A DNA stretch of 64,000 nt from Candidatus Poribacteria bacterium (GTDB taxonomy: Bacteria; Poribacteria; WGA-4E; WGA-3G), in contig CAXXUA010000003.1 of NCBI GenBank assembly GCA_963663765.2, forward strand, positions 192,001 to 256,000, in the 5' to 3' direction. A program made the position numbers and the translations under genes. Positions 1-9,960 of this stretch are shown piece by piece (positions within the stretch are counted from its first letter, which is position 1; each line of letters begins with the position of its first letter). The notes under the pieces are model-generated. The model made no database searches, was not told where the DNA came from, and saw nothing but the letters and a program-made list of their open reading frames with translations.

Positions 1-1859
1 CTGTCTCATTTTCCCCGATAGATGCTTCTCTCATAGCATGTATCAATGGAGGTGGGACCATAAATGTGTGGAACATAAACAACACTAAAAAACCAATAAG
101 AACTCTTAAACATCCTGGCGTATTTCCATTCTTCAGTTTCTCACCTACAGGTAAACTGATTGCCAGTGCTGGTTCTGGGAAACTCGTATTGTGGGACGTT
201 GCTTCAGGAAGCAAAATGAATACGCTTGAAAGTACGAATGATTTTGCTTTTTCTCCAGATGGAAATCAACTCGCTATAGTCCTAAATGGAGTGAAATTGT
301 TAGATATTCGTAATCCAAAGAAAATCACGCAAATAGCCACTCTATCTTTTGACGAGGCACATAAGGTGAAAGATAGGGCATGTGCAGTTGGCATTTCATC
401 CGATGGTAAATGGATTGCTACCGGATATTCGCACGGAACTATAAATGTATGGGATTTAAAGACCAGACAACTTGCCAAAACCTTAGAAACGCCGCTGGCG
501 GAGATGGAATACCTCAAGTTTTCACCAGACAACAAACTTTTAGCATGTGGAGGACCGCAGTTAATATTCAGAGACAATCAATACTGGCAAGGACCACGCC
601 CTTGGAACTGTATCATGTGGGAATTATCGAGTTGGAAACGGTACGGGGAGGTACAGCGCGGACATCTTGACAACCTTGCGTTTTCACCGGATGGGAAGAT
701 GTGTGCCTATGCAAATTCGTGGCCTGCTCTTAAGAACGGTGTTGAGATATGGAACGTTGAAAGCGGTGCGCCAATAGTTTCATTACCGATAGAAACACCT
801 ATTGTTGCGTTTTCACCGGATGGGAAGATGCTCGCTACTGGGAATGAAGATGGTATTGTTCAGTTGTGGGGACTGACATCTCAACATTTAGAACTTCCAA
901 AAACGGATTCCGATGTCGTACGAATAATTTACTTCCCAGATATAATTTACTTCTTAGATAAGGATAAAAAACTCCGACCAAACATTACCGCAAAAATAGA
1001 TAAGGCGATAAGAGCAGCACAAGACTACTACGCGGATGAGATGGAACGCCACGGATTCGGTAGAAAAACTTTTACGTATGAGACAGATGAAAATGGAAAA
1101 ACAAAGATATATCTGGGTACAAACAAACAAGTTGAACATGCTAATTTTTCAAAAGGTCTCTGGCTTGCAGTTTCAGACAAATTATTAGATACTCCCTTGC
1201 CAGTTATAGAATTACTCTATACTGACGATAATGAGAGATTTGAGTACGCCAGCAATGATAACTATTCTACTAAAGACAACATCCGGCACAACGTAATTAA
1301 AGGATACACTCATGCACAACTTATTTATACGTCCTTAAATGACCTCAAGCGGAAGCCTCTTGCGTATGTTCTTAGAGATAGCTTTGGTTTAACCTATACT
1401 CCTCTTCAGCATAAGCCAAACTTTTTGAAACGCCTCTTCAACAGAGTTAACGATAAGATGCCTTGGGGTAAAAGATGGGCAAAACTGTCCAAATGTGAAG
1501 CAGAATGGTTAGACAAGAGCCGCTTTTTCAATCCGAATCAACCTTTCTTTGACAATACCCCAAAGATGGAAATGCGTGTATCCCTTCCTAAAGCAAGTGG
1601 TCTGCGACACTTCATTTTTGAGGTTGCAGATGCGGATGGGATGCAACAAGCACAACTGCTTATACCGATAAATATGGATAGTCAAAGATGGATAAAGAGG
1701 TTTTACGAATGCCAAGCACTAAACGGCAAAGATAAAGCAACTATTACATTTGAAATATCTAATCCCGCAATAGAGACTGTTGTACTTCGGATGATTGACA
1801 TGCATGGAAATATCGCATCACGAGAATTCATGATTGAGAAAAAAACGGATGAAAAATAA
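1..1859 (+). CDS. WD40-repeat protein with C-terminal metallopeptidase-like domain, array copy 1 (5' truncated by window edge)
   Basis: Frame is open from position 3. WD40 motifs (FSPDGK...LWD) and the shared YADEMERHGFGRKTF and LSKCEAEWLDKSRFFNP blocks are present. Confidence 0.85.
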   Translation, partial: VSFSPIDASLIACINGGGTINVWNINNTKKPIRTLKHPGVFPFFSFSPTGKLIASAGSGKLVLWDVASGSKMNTLESTNDFAFSPDGNQLAIVLNGVKLLDIRNPKKITQIATLSFDEAHKVKDRACAVGISSDGKWIATGYSHGTINVWDLKTRQLAKTLETPLAEMEYLKFSPDNKLLACGGPQLIFRDNQYWQGPRPWNCIMWELSSWKRYGEVQRGHLDNLAFSPDGKMCAYANSWPALKNGVEIWNVESGAPIVSLPIETPIVAFSPDGKMLATGNEDGIVQLWGLTSQHLELPKTDSDVVRIIYFPDIIYFLDKDKKLRPNITAKIDKAIRAAQDYYADEMERHGFGRKTFTYETDENGKTKIYLGTNKQVEHANFSKGLWLAVSDKLLDTPLPVIELLYTDDNERFEYASNDNYSTKDNIRHNVIKGYTHAQLIYTSLNDLKRKPLAYVLRDSFGLTYTPLQHKPNFLKRLFNRVNDKMPWGKRWAKLSKCEAEWLDKSRFFNPNQPFFDNTPKMEMRVSLPKASGLRHFIFEVADADGMQQAQLLIPINMDSQRWIKRFYECQALNGKDKATITFEISNPAIETVVLRMIDMHGNIASREFMIEKKTDEK

Positions 1860-3834
1860 AAAAATATTACTCATACTTGTGGTTTTGGTTATAGCAGTTG
1901 TTGGTGTTGTAGTCTTTTTCATCACTCAACCACAGCACGAGGAATTGCTCCCACAATCATTCGCGGAGTTACCAACAAAACCTAAGCTCATTGCCGAATT
2001 TCATAATGGACCAAGTGTTTATTCTGTCGCGTTTTCTCCCGCAGATTCATCTCTGTTAGCGAGTATTGATCAAAATGGCACCATCAAGTTATGGGACATT
2101 AACAACACGATAGACCCTGTGAAAAAACTCAGTCACCCCGACTTTTTTCCCTCCATTGGTTTTTCACCTACAGGTAAGTTTCTCGTAAGTGCCAGTACGA
2201 CATTTGTATTATGGGATGTTGTTACTGGAATGAAATTATTCTCCCTTGGTGGAACAAGCGGTCAATTCGCATTTTCACCCGATGGGAACATTCTCGCGAT
2301 ACCAAAAACACATATTACACTTTGGGATATCCGTGATTCTGATAACATAAAAGATATAGGAATCTTACCTTACGAACCATCAGAGGGACTTCATAATTGG
2401 GGTGCGCGGGCAGTAGACTTTTCGCCAGATGGGAAATGGATTGCCGTCGCACATAATAACGGGACTGTGAACGTATGGGATTTCCAAAGTCAGCAAATTG
2501 TCAAGACTTTAAATACAAATTGGCGTGACATAGATTATCTGAAGTTTTCACCTAATAATAGATTCATGTGTGTAGGTGGTAGTGAAAATCAAAATGTCAG
2601 GACTAAAGGTTACATCATGTGGGAATTACCGAGTTGGCAACGTTACGGTGAGGTGCAGCGTGGAAACATTAATAATTTAGTCTTCTCTCCAAATGGAAAA
2701 GTGTGTGCTGGTGCAAATAATCATCCTTTTTCAGGTAGAGGCATTGAACTTTGGTCCGTTGAAAGTGGCGCACCAATCACCTTTTTACCGACACACGCGC
2801 GAGATGCGGCATTTTCAAAGGATGGGAATTACATTACCACCTGCCGAGACGATGGCACGATTCAACTGTGGGAGCTCACTTCACAGCACCAATCGTTAGC
2901 AACACTTCCTTCGGATGTTGTAAAGGTAATATACTTTCCGCCGAGAGATAAAGAACCTTACCCTAACATTACACAAAAAATAGATAAAACAATAAAAAAG
3001 GTTCAAGAGTTTTACGCAGATGAGATGGAACGCCACGGATTCGGCAGAAAAACATTTACGTTTGAAACAGATGAAAATGGAAAAGCCAAGGTTTATCTTG
3101 TCAAAAAAGGACAATCTGACGATTTTGTTTTGCCAAGCGATGCATGGATCGCTGTTATAGATGACATATCCGAGTTTTTATTCGCTATTCAGCTATTGAA
3201 TATAGCCGTTGGTCAGAAAAAAATATTTAGATACCCAAGAGTTGAAGATTATACTACTAAAGACAATATTTGGTTGGATGACATTGAAGGGGTTACGCCT
3301 GGAAATATTGTCTACACTACAACAAAAGAACTAAAACGTGAATCTGTTGCCTATACACTTAGGGATGCTTTCGGTATACCCAATCTTCCCACTCAGCATA
3401 AGCCAAACATTTTGAAACGCCTCTTCAACGGAGTTAACAATAAGATGCCTTGGGCGAAACTGTCCAAATGTGAAGCAGAATGGTTAGACAGGAATCGCTT
3501 TTTCAATCCGAATCAACCTTTCTTTGACAAAACCCCAAAGATGGATATGCGTGTATCAATCCCTAAAGACAGCAGTTTGCGAGACTTCATATTTGAGGTT
3601 GCAGATGAAGATGGCATGCACCAAGCACAACTGTTGATACCGATAGATATGGAACGTCAAAGGTGGAGAAAGAGGTTTTACGAATGTCAAGCACTAAACG
3701 GCAAAGATAAAGCAACTATTACGTTTGAAATATCTAATCCCGCAATAGAGACTGTTGTACTTCGGATGATTGATATGCATGGCAACATTGCATCTCGAGA
3801 ATTTATAATTGAGGAAAAAACGGATGAAAAATAA
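1849..3834 (+). CDS. Membrane-anchored WD40-repeat protein, array copy 2
   Basis: Start placed at MKNKKILL..., overlapping the previous stop (ATGAAAAATAA). N-terminal hydrophobic helix, WD40 repeats, shared C-terminal domain. Confidence 0.85.
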   Translation: MKNKKILLILVVLVIAVVGVVVFFITQPQHEELLPQSFAELPTKPKLIAEFHNGPSVYSVAFSPADSSLLASIDQNGTIKLWDINNTIDPVKKLSHPDFFPSIGFSPTGKFLVSASTTFVLWDVVTGMKLFSLGGTSGQFAFSPDGNILAIPKTHITLWDIRDSDNIKDIGILPYEPSEGLHNWGARAVDFSPDGKWIAVAHNNGTVNVWDFQSQQIVKTLNTNWRDIDYLKFSPNNRFMCVGGSENQNVRTKGYIMWELPSWQRYGEVQRGNINNLVFSPNGKVCAGANNHPFSGRGIELWSVESGAPITFLPTHARDAAFSKDGNYITTCRDDGTIQLWELTSQHQSLATLPSDVVKVIYFPPRDKEPYPNITQKIDKTIKKVQEFYADEMERHGFGRKTFTFETDENGKAKVYLVKKGQSDDFVLPSDAWIAVIDDISEFLFAIQLLNIAVGQKKIFRYPRVEDYTTKDNIWLDDIEGVTPGNIVYTTTKELKRESVAYTLRDAFGIPNLPTQHKPNILKRLFNGVNNKMPWAKLSKCEAEWLDRNRFFNPNQPFFDKTPKMDMRVSIPKDSSLRDFIFEVADEDGMHQAQLLIPIDMERQRWRKRFYECQALNGKDKATITFEISNPAIETVVLRMIDMHGNIASREFIIEEKTDEK

Positions 3835-5830
3835 AAAAATATTACCCTTACTCATGGTTTTGGTTATAGCAATTGTTGGTGTTGCAGTCTTTTTCATCTC
3901 TCGACCACAGCGAGAGGAATTGCTCCCACAAACATTCGCGGAGCTGCCAGAAAAACCTAAACTCATCGCGGAATTTCATCACGGTGCCACACTTGATACT
4001 GATGGGATTGCTCCAGGTACTCCAGAAGGTTTTTCTGTTGCAGACGCTAGACCGATTTATTCTGTTGCATTTTCCCCAGTAGATGCTTCTCTCGTAGCAA
4101 GTATCAATGGAGGTGGGACCATAAATGTGTGGAACATAAACAACACTAAAAAACCAATAAGAACTCTTAAACATCCTGGCGTATTTCCATTCTTCAGTTT
4201 CTCACCTACAGGTAAACTGATTGCCAGTGCTGGTTATGGGAAACTCGTATTGTGGGATGTCGCATCAGGAAAGAAAGTCAGTACCCTTGAGACATCTTCT
4301 AATCAATTCGCATTTTCACCCGATGGGAACATTCTCGCGATACCAAAAACACATATTACACTTTGGGATATCCGTGATTCAGATAACATAAAAGATATAG
4401 GATTCTTGCCTTACGAACCACCAGAAGGTCTGCATAATTGGGGTGCGCGGGCAGTAAACTTTTCGCCAGATGGGAAATGGATTGCCGTCGCACATAATAA
4501 CGGGACTGTGAACGTATGGGATTTCCAAAGAAACCAAATTGCCAAGACTTTGACAACGCCATTTATTAATATAGAATTCTTGAAGTTTTCGCCAAACACC
4601 AGATTCTTGTATGTAGGAGGTAAAGAGTGGAAAAATCACGGTTCTCAAGGCTACATAATGTGGGATTTATCAAACTGGCAACCCCACGGTGAGGTGTTAC
4701 GTGGAAACATTGATAATTTAGTGTTCTCCCCAAATGGAAAAGTGTGCGTCAGCGCGAATGACCAGTCTTTTTCAGGAAGAGGTGTTGAACTTTGGTCAGT
4801 GGAAAGTGGCACACCAATTACCTTTTTACCGACACAGGCGCGAGATGCCGCATTTTCAAAAGATGGGAACTACCTTGCCACTGGAGGACAGGAGGGTATT
4901 CTCCAACTGTGGGAATTTACTCCACAGCAATTAGAATTGTCTACTAACCAAAACGATGTCGTAAGACTAATGTTTTTGTTGCCCAAAGACAAAGATAACC
5001 CGGTAAACCTAATCGCAAAACTTGATAAATCTATAAGAGAAACACAAGATTTTTACGCGGATGAGATGGAACGCCACGGATTCGGCAGAAAAACATTTAC
5101 TTTTGAAACCGATGAAAATGGAAAAGCAAAGGTCTATCTTGTCAAAGAAGACAATACAAAGAATTATGAAATGATTAAGAACTTAGGCATAACAGGTTTT
5201 AATGAGACATTTCGGTACCCCACCCATGGTGGGCATACTGTCAAAAACAATATCTGGTTTGACGAAATTGAAGGAAGCACACCTGGCAGGATTGTATTTA
5301 TTTCTACTAAAGACCTCAATCGAAAATCTATTGCGTATGTCCTCAGGGATGCGTTCGGTTTACCTTATGATAAGCCTGAGTATGAACGCAATGTTTTCAA
5401 ACGTCTTTTTTTCCGTTTTAACGATAAGATGCCATGGGGAAAAAGGTGGGCAAAACTGTCTAAATGTGAGGCTGAATGGTTAGATAAGAGTCGTTTCTTT
5501 AACCCGAACCAACCCTTCTTTGACAAACGACCTGATATAAAAATAAACGTGTCTCCATCGGATGTCCTTAATACACGAAACTTTAAATTTGAGGTTTCGG
5601 ATCAGAATGGCATGCACCAAGCACAGTTGTTCGTACCGAGAGATATTAAAAATCAATGGAAGGTAGAAAAATTCTATGACTACCAATCAATAAACGGTAA
5701 AGATAAGACAACCGTTGTATTTGAAATATCTGATCCTGAAATAAAAAATGTTAAGCTTCGAATAATTGACATGCATGGAAACATTGCATCACGAATATTT
5801 AGAATTAAGGAAAAATCAGATGAAAAATAA
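3824..5830 (+). CDS. Membrane-anchored WD40-repeat protein, array copy 3
   Basis: Same architecture and 11-nt start/stop overlap as the other copies. Confidence 0.85.
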   Translation: MKNKKILPLLMVLVIAIVGVAVFFISRPQREELLPQTFAELPEKPKLIAEFHHGATLDTDGIAPGTPEGFSVADARPIYSVAFSPVDASLVASINGGGTINVWNINNTKKPIRTLKHPGVFPFFSFSPTGKLIASAGYGKLVLWDVASGKKVSTLETSSNQFAFSPDGNILAIPKTHITLWDIRDSDNIKDIGFLPYEPPEGLHNWGARAVNFSPDGKWIAVAHNNGTVNVWDFQRNQIAKTLTTPFINIEFLKFSPNTRFLYVGGKEWKNHGSQGYIMWDLSNWQPHGEVLRGNIDNLVFSPNGKVCVSANDQSFSGRGVELWSVESGTPITFLPTQARDAAFSKDGNYLATGGQEGILQLWEFTPQQLELSTNQNDVVRLMFLLPKDKDNPVNLIAKLDKSIRETQDFYADEMERHGFGRKTFTFETDENGKAKVYLVKEDNTKNYEMIKNLGITGFNETFRYPTHGGHTVKNNIWFDEIEGSTPGRIVFISTKDLNRKSIAYVLRDAFGLPYDKPEYERNVFKRLFFRFNDKMPWGKRWAKLSKCEAEWLDKSRFFNPNQPFFDKRPDIKINVSPSDVLNTRNFKFEVSDQNGMHQAQLFVPRDIKNQWKVEKFYDYQSINGKDKTTVVFEISDPEIKNVKLRIIDMHGNIASRIFRIKEKSDEK

Positions 5831-7838
5831 AAAAATATTACTCTTACTCATGGTTTTAGTTATAGCAGTTGTTGGTGTTGTAGTCTTTTTCATCTCTCGA
5901 CCACAGCACGAGGAATTGCTTCCACAGACATTCGCGGAATTACCTGAAAAGCCTAAACTCATCGCGACATTTCATCACGGTGCAACGCGTAATTCTGAAA
6001 CGGTTTACCCAGAAAATATTTCTCATGTTTCAGCTTTACAAATTTATTCAGTCGCATTTTCTCCAGTAGATTCCTCTCTGATAGCGAGTGTTAATGGAGC
6101 TGGTACCATAAAGTTATGGAACATAAACAATACCAAAGAATCTGTAAAGAGTTTAGGACATCCTGGAATATTTCCATACATAGGTTTTTCACCCAACGGA
6201 AAATTACTCGCTAGTGCTGGCTGGAAACTCATATTGTGGGATGTCGCATCAGGAAAGAAAGTCAGTACCCTTGAGACATCTTACGATCAATTCGCTTTTT
6301 CTCCAGATGGACAACAACTCGCAACGATTCCTAATAATGAAGTTAAACTCTGGGATATTCGCAATCCAAAGAAAGTCACACATATAGCTACACTACCTTT
6401 TGATGAGACACATAAAGGTAAAGGTTGGGCATGTGCGGTTGGCATTTCATCCGATGGTAAATGGATTGCTGTCGGATATTCCCAAGGAACTATAAACGTA
6501 TGGGATTTAAAGACCAGACAACTTGTCAAAACCTTAGAAACATCTTTTTATAATATGGATTATATAAAGTTTTCACCTAACAACAAATATATGGTTAGTG
6601 GTGGTCAGGAAGAGGACATGTACAGTACTGCAAATGGGAAGGGTTACATTATGTGGGAAACGCCAAGTTGGCAACGGAAGGGCGAGGTACTACGCGGACA
6701 TGTCGAAAATCTGGCATTCTCCCCCGACGGAAAAATGTGTGTGAGCGCGAATCTTTTTTATCTCTATGGAAGGGGCGTAGAAATCTGGTCAACTACGAAT
6801 GGTGCACCAATTGCTTCATTACCAACAGAGGCAACAGATGTTTCATTTTCACAAGATGGAACCCTTATCGTCACTGGAGGCAACGATGGTTTCGTCCGAG
6901 TATGGGAACTCACACAGTCACAATTAGATATAGATAAAATCCGTAACGATGTCGTGCGATTAGTATACTACCTGCCTAAAGATAAGAAACCTTCACCAAA
7001 CATTACACAAAAAATAGATAAAACCATAATAGAGGTCCAAAAGCACTACGCGGATGAAATGGAACGTCACGGATTCGGTATAAAAACATTTACGTTTGAA
7101 ACCGATGAAAATGGCAAAGCCAAAATATATCGCATAAAAGAAATACCAATCGAACCACATAATTTGCAGTTGAACGATCTCTGGCTTGTTTTTGTAGATG
7201 AAAAGAACGATATCCCTCATATTGATAACATAGTAAAACGCCTCAAATCAACTGGACGTAGTTATAGTCGTTTTGATAATCCATTTACGTTTCCTACAAG
7301 GTGGAAGGGTATTGATAATGACAAAATCAGGATGGGAAAAATTAAGGGAATCATAGGAGATGGCAGTTTTATCTATGCAAAAAAGAATGGCTTCGATTGG
7401 AAGTTAACAGCATATTCACTTAAGCGTCTGTTTAAGGTATTAGGTGAGCAACATAGTTTACATAAGTATGAGCGATATGAAGCAGAATGGCTGGATAAGA
7501 GTCGTTTCTTTAACCCAAACCAACCTTTCTTTGATAAACGACCAGAAATTGAGATGGACGTATTAAAAGCAGATACAGCCTCGCCACTTTTCCAATTTAC
7601 CATTGCTGATGAAGATGGAATACACCAACTCCAATTGTTTGTCCCTAAAGATACAGAAAGCTCAAGTCGATTCAACAAGATTCAAGGTTGTCAAGCACTT
7701 AACGGTGAGAAGAAAGCTAACGTTGAATTTGAAATATCCAACCCCAACATAAAAAATGGTGAAATTCGCATGATTGATATGCATGGAAATATCGCATCAC
7801 GGGAATTCTGGATTGAGGAAAAAACGGATGAAAAATAA
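5820..7838 (+). CDS. Membrane-anchored WD40-repeat protein, array copy 4
   Basis: Same architecture. Lacks the KRLF...MPWG segment seen in most copies. Confidence 0.85.
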   Translation: MKNKKILLLLMVLVIAVVGVVVFFISRPQHEELLPQTFAELPEKPKLIATFHHGATRNSETVYPENISHVSALQIYSVAFSPVDSSLIASVNGAGTIKLWNINNTKESVKSLGHPGIFPYIGFSPNGKLLASAGWKLILWDVASGKKVSTLETSYDQFAFSPDGQQLATIPNNEVKLWDIRNPKKVTHIATLPFDETHKGKGWACAVGISSDGKWIAVGYSQGTINVWDLKTRQLVKTLETSFYNMDYIKFSPNNKYMVSGGQEEDMYSTANGKGYIMWETPSWQRKGEVLRGHVENLAFSPDGKMCVSANLFYLYGRGVEIWSTTNGAPIASLPTEATDVSFSQDGTLIVTGGNDGFVRVWELTQSQLDIDKIRNDVVRLVYYLPKDKKPSPNITQKIDKTIIEVQKHYADEMERHGFGIKTFTFETDENGKAKIYRIKEIPIEPHNLQLNDLWLVFVDEKNDIPHIDNIVKRLKSTGRSYSRFDNPFTFPTRWKGIDNDKIRMGKIKGIIGDGSFIYAKKNGFDWKLTAYSLKRLFKVLGEQHSLHKYERYEAEWLDKSRFFNPNQPFFDKRPEIEMDVLKADTASPLFQFTIADEDGIHQLQLFVPKDTESSSRFNKIQGCQALNGEKKANVEFEISNPNIKNGEIRMIDMHGNIASREFWIEEKTDEK

Positions 7839-9960
7839 AAAAATATTACTCTTACTTGTGGTTTTGATTATAGCAGTAGTTGGTGTTGTAGTCTTTTTCA
7901 TCTCTCGTCCGCAACCTGAGGAATTGCTCCCACAAACATTCGCGGAGCTACCTGAAAAACCTAAACTCATCGCGGAATTTCATCACGGTGCCACACTTGA
8001 TTCTGATGGGATTGCTCCAGGTGCTCCAGAAGGTTTTTCTGTTGCAGACGCTAGACCGATTTATTCTGTTGCATTTTCCCCAGTAGATGCTTCTCTCGTA
8101 GCAAGTATCAATGGAGGCGGGTCCATAAATTTGTGGAACATAAACAACACAAAAAAACCAATAAGAACTCTTAAACATCCTGGAATATTTCAAAACATAA
8201 GTTTTTCACCCACAGGAGAACTACTTGCAAGTGCAGGTTCCGGAAAGTTAATATTTTGGGATGTTCCTTCAGGTAAGAAAGTCAGTACCCTTGAGAATGC
8301 TTCCATACAATTTGCTTTTTCACCAGATGGAAAACAACTTGCGACACTTCGTAGTAAAGAAAAAGGAATACATGAAGTGTTTGTGAAAATCTGGGATATC
8401 CAGAATCCAAAGAATATAAAAGAAATCGCATCCCTTTATAAATCACCTGAAGTAATAGGTTATGCATGTGCAGTTGACATTTCATCAGATGGTAAATGGA
8501 TTGCTGTTGGAGATGTCTACGGAACAATTAATGTATGGAACTTGCCTTCACAGCAGTTGGTAAAATCTATAGAAACACCTCTGTATTCAATGGATTATGT
8601 GAAATTTTCACCTAACAATAAATGTATGGTCGCAGGAGGCCGTGAGATGGGCATGTATAAATCTCTACGTATGAACGGATATATTATGTGGGAATTACCG
8701 AGTTGGCAACGCAAAGGCACGGTATTACGCGGATTTGATGAGAATTTGGTGTTCTCCCCGGATGGAAGAATGTGTGTGGGGTCTAATGATTATTATCGTT
8801 TTGGAAGAGGTGTAGAAATCTGGTCAACTGCTAATGGCGAACCAATTGCATCATTACAAATTGAAGCAATGGATGTTTCGTTCTCACAAGATGGAAAACT
8901 TCTCACCACTGGCAATAAAGATGGTATTGTACAGGTGTGGGAACTCACACAGTCGCAATTAGACATTGATAAAATCCGTAATGATGTTGTTCGATTAATT
9001 TACTACCTACCGAAAGATAAAGAACCCGCTCCAAACATTACACAAAAAATAGAGAAAACAATAAGAGAGGTTCAAAAGCACTACGCGGATGAGATGGAAC
9101 GGCACGGATTCGGCAGAAAAACATTTACGTTTGAAACTGATGAGAATGGAAAGGCGAAGATATACCGCATGACAGAAAATCAAGCCGAAAGACATGATTT
9201 GCAGTTGAATGATAACTGGCTTATTTTTGTTGACAAAAATAACGATCTCCAGTCTGTTCTTACTGATAACCTAACAAAACGGATTAAATCAGCTCTAACT
9301 GAACGTAGTATTCATCATTATAATGAAAATTTTGTATATCCTACAAGAAAAATGAATATGGCAAATGGCAAAATTTGGATGGGGTTTATTGAGGGATCCG
9401 TTGGAGATGGTGAGATTGTCTCTGCTACAAAGAAGGATTTTGATTGGAAGATAACAGCATACACACTTAAGCATTCGTTTGGGATAATTCATCAGAATCA
9501 TCGTTCGCTTGAGATTGAGCGAAACGGAGTTAAACGACTTTTCAAACGTATAAACAGAATGATGCCATGGGGTAAAGGTTGGGTGAAACTGTCCAAGTGT
9601 GAAGCAGAATGGTTGGATAAGAGTCGTTTCTTTAATCCGATTCACACTTACTTTGACAAACGACCAGAAATTGAGATCTCTGAATTAAAAATTGCTACTG
9701 ACTCGCTACATTTTCAATTTAACGCTGCAGATGAAGATGGAATACATCAACTCTTGCTGTTTGTACCTAAGGATATAGATAATCTATATCGGATAAACAA
9801 GCTTCATGGTTGTCAAACTCTAAACGGTCAAAAGAAGGGTACCGTTGAATTTGAAGTAGCCAATTCCAACATAAAAAAGGGTGAAATTCGCATGATTGAT
9901 ATGCATGGAAATATCGCATCACGAGAATTCTGGATTGAGGAAAAAACGGATGAAAAATAA
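7828..9960 (+). CDS. Membrane-anchored WD40-repeat protein, array copy 5
   Basis: Same architecture and overlap. Confidence 0.85.
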   Translation: MKNKKILLLLVVLIIAVVGVVVFFISRPQPEELLPQTFAELPEKPKLIAEFHHGATLDSDGIAPGAPEGFSVADARPIYSVAFSPVDASLVASINGGGSINLWNINNTKKPIRTLKHPGIFQNISFSPTGELLASAGSGKLIFWDVPSGKKVSTLENASIQFAFSPDGKQLATLRSKEKGIHEVFVKIWDIQNPKNIKEIASLYKSPEVIGYACAVDISSDGKWIAVGDVYGTINVWNLPSQQLVKSIETPLYSMDYVKFSPNNKCMVAGGREMGMYKSLRMNGYIMWELPSWQRKGTVLRGFDENLVFSPDGRMCVGSNDYYRFGRGVEIWSTANGEPIASLQIEAMDVSFSQDGKLLTTGNKDGIVQVWELTQSQLDIDKIRNDVVRLIYYLPKDKEPAPNITQKIEKTIREVQKHYADEMERHGFGRKTFTFETDENGKAKIYRMTENQAERHDLQLNDNWLIFVDKNNDLQSVLTDNLTKRIKSALTERSIHHYNENFVYPTRKMNMANGKIWMGFIEGSVGDGEIVSATKKDFDWKITAYTLKHSFGIIHQNHRSLEIERNGVKRLFKRINRMMPWGKGWVKLSKCEAEWLDKSRFFNPIHTYFDKRPEIEISELKIATDSLHFQFNAADEDGIHQLLLFVPKDIDNLYRINKLHGCQTLNGQKKGTVEFEVANSNIKKGEIRMIDMHGNIASREFWIEEKTDEK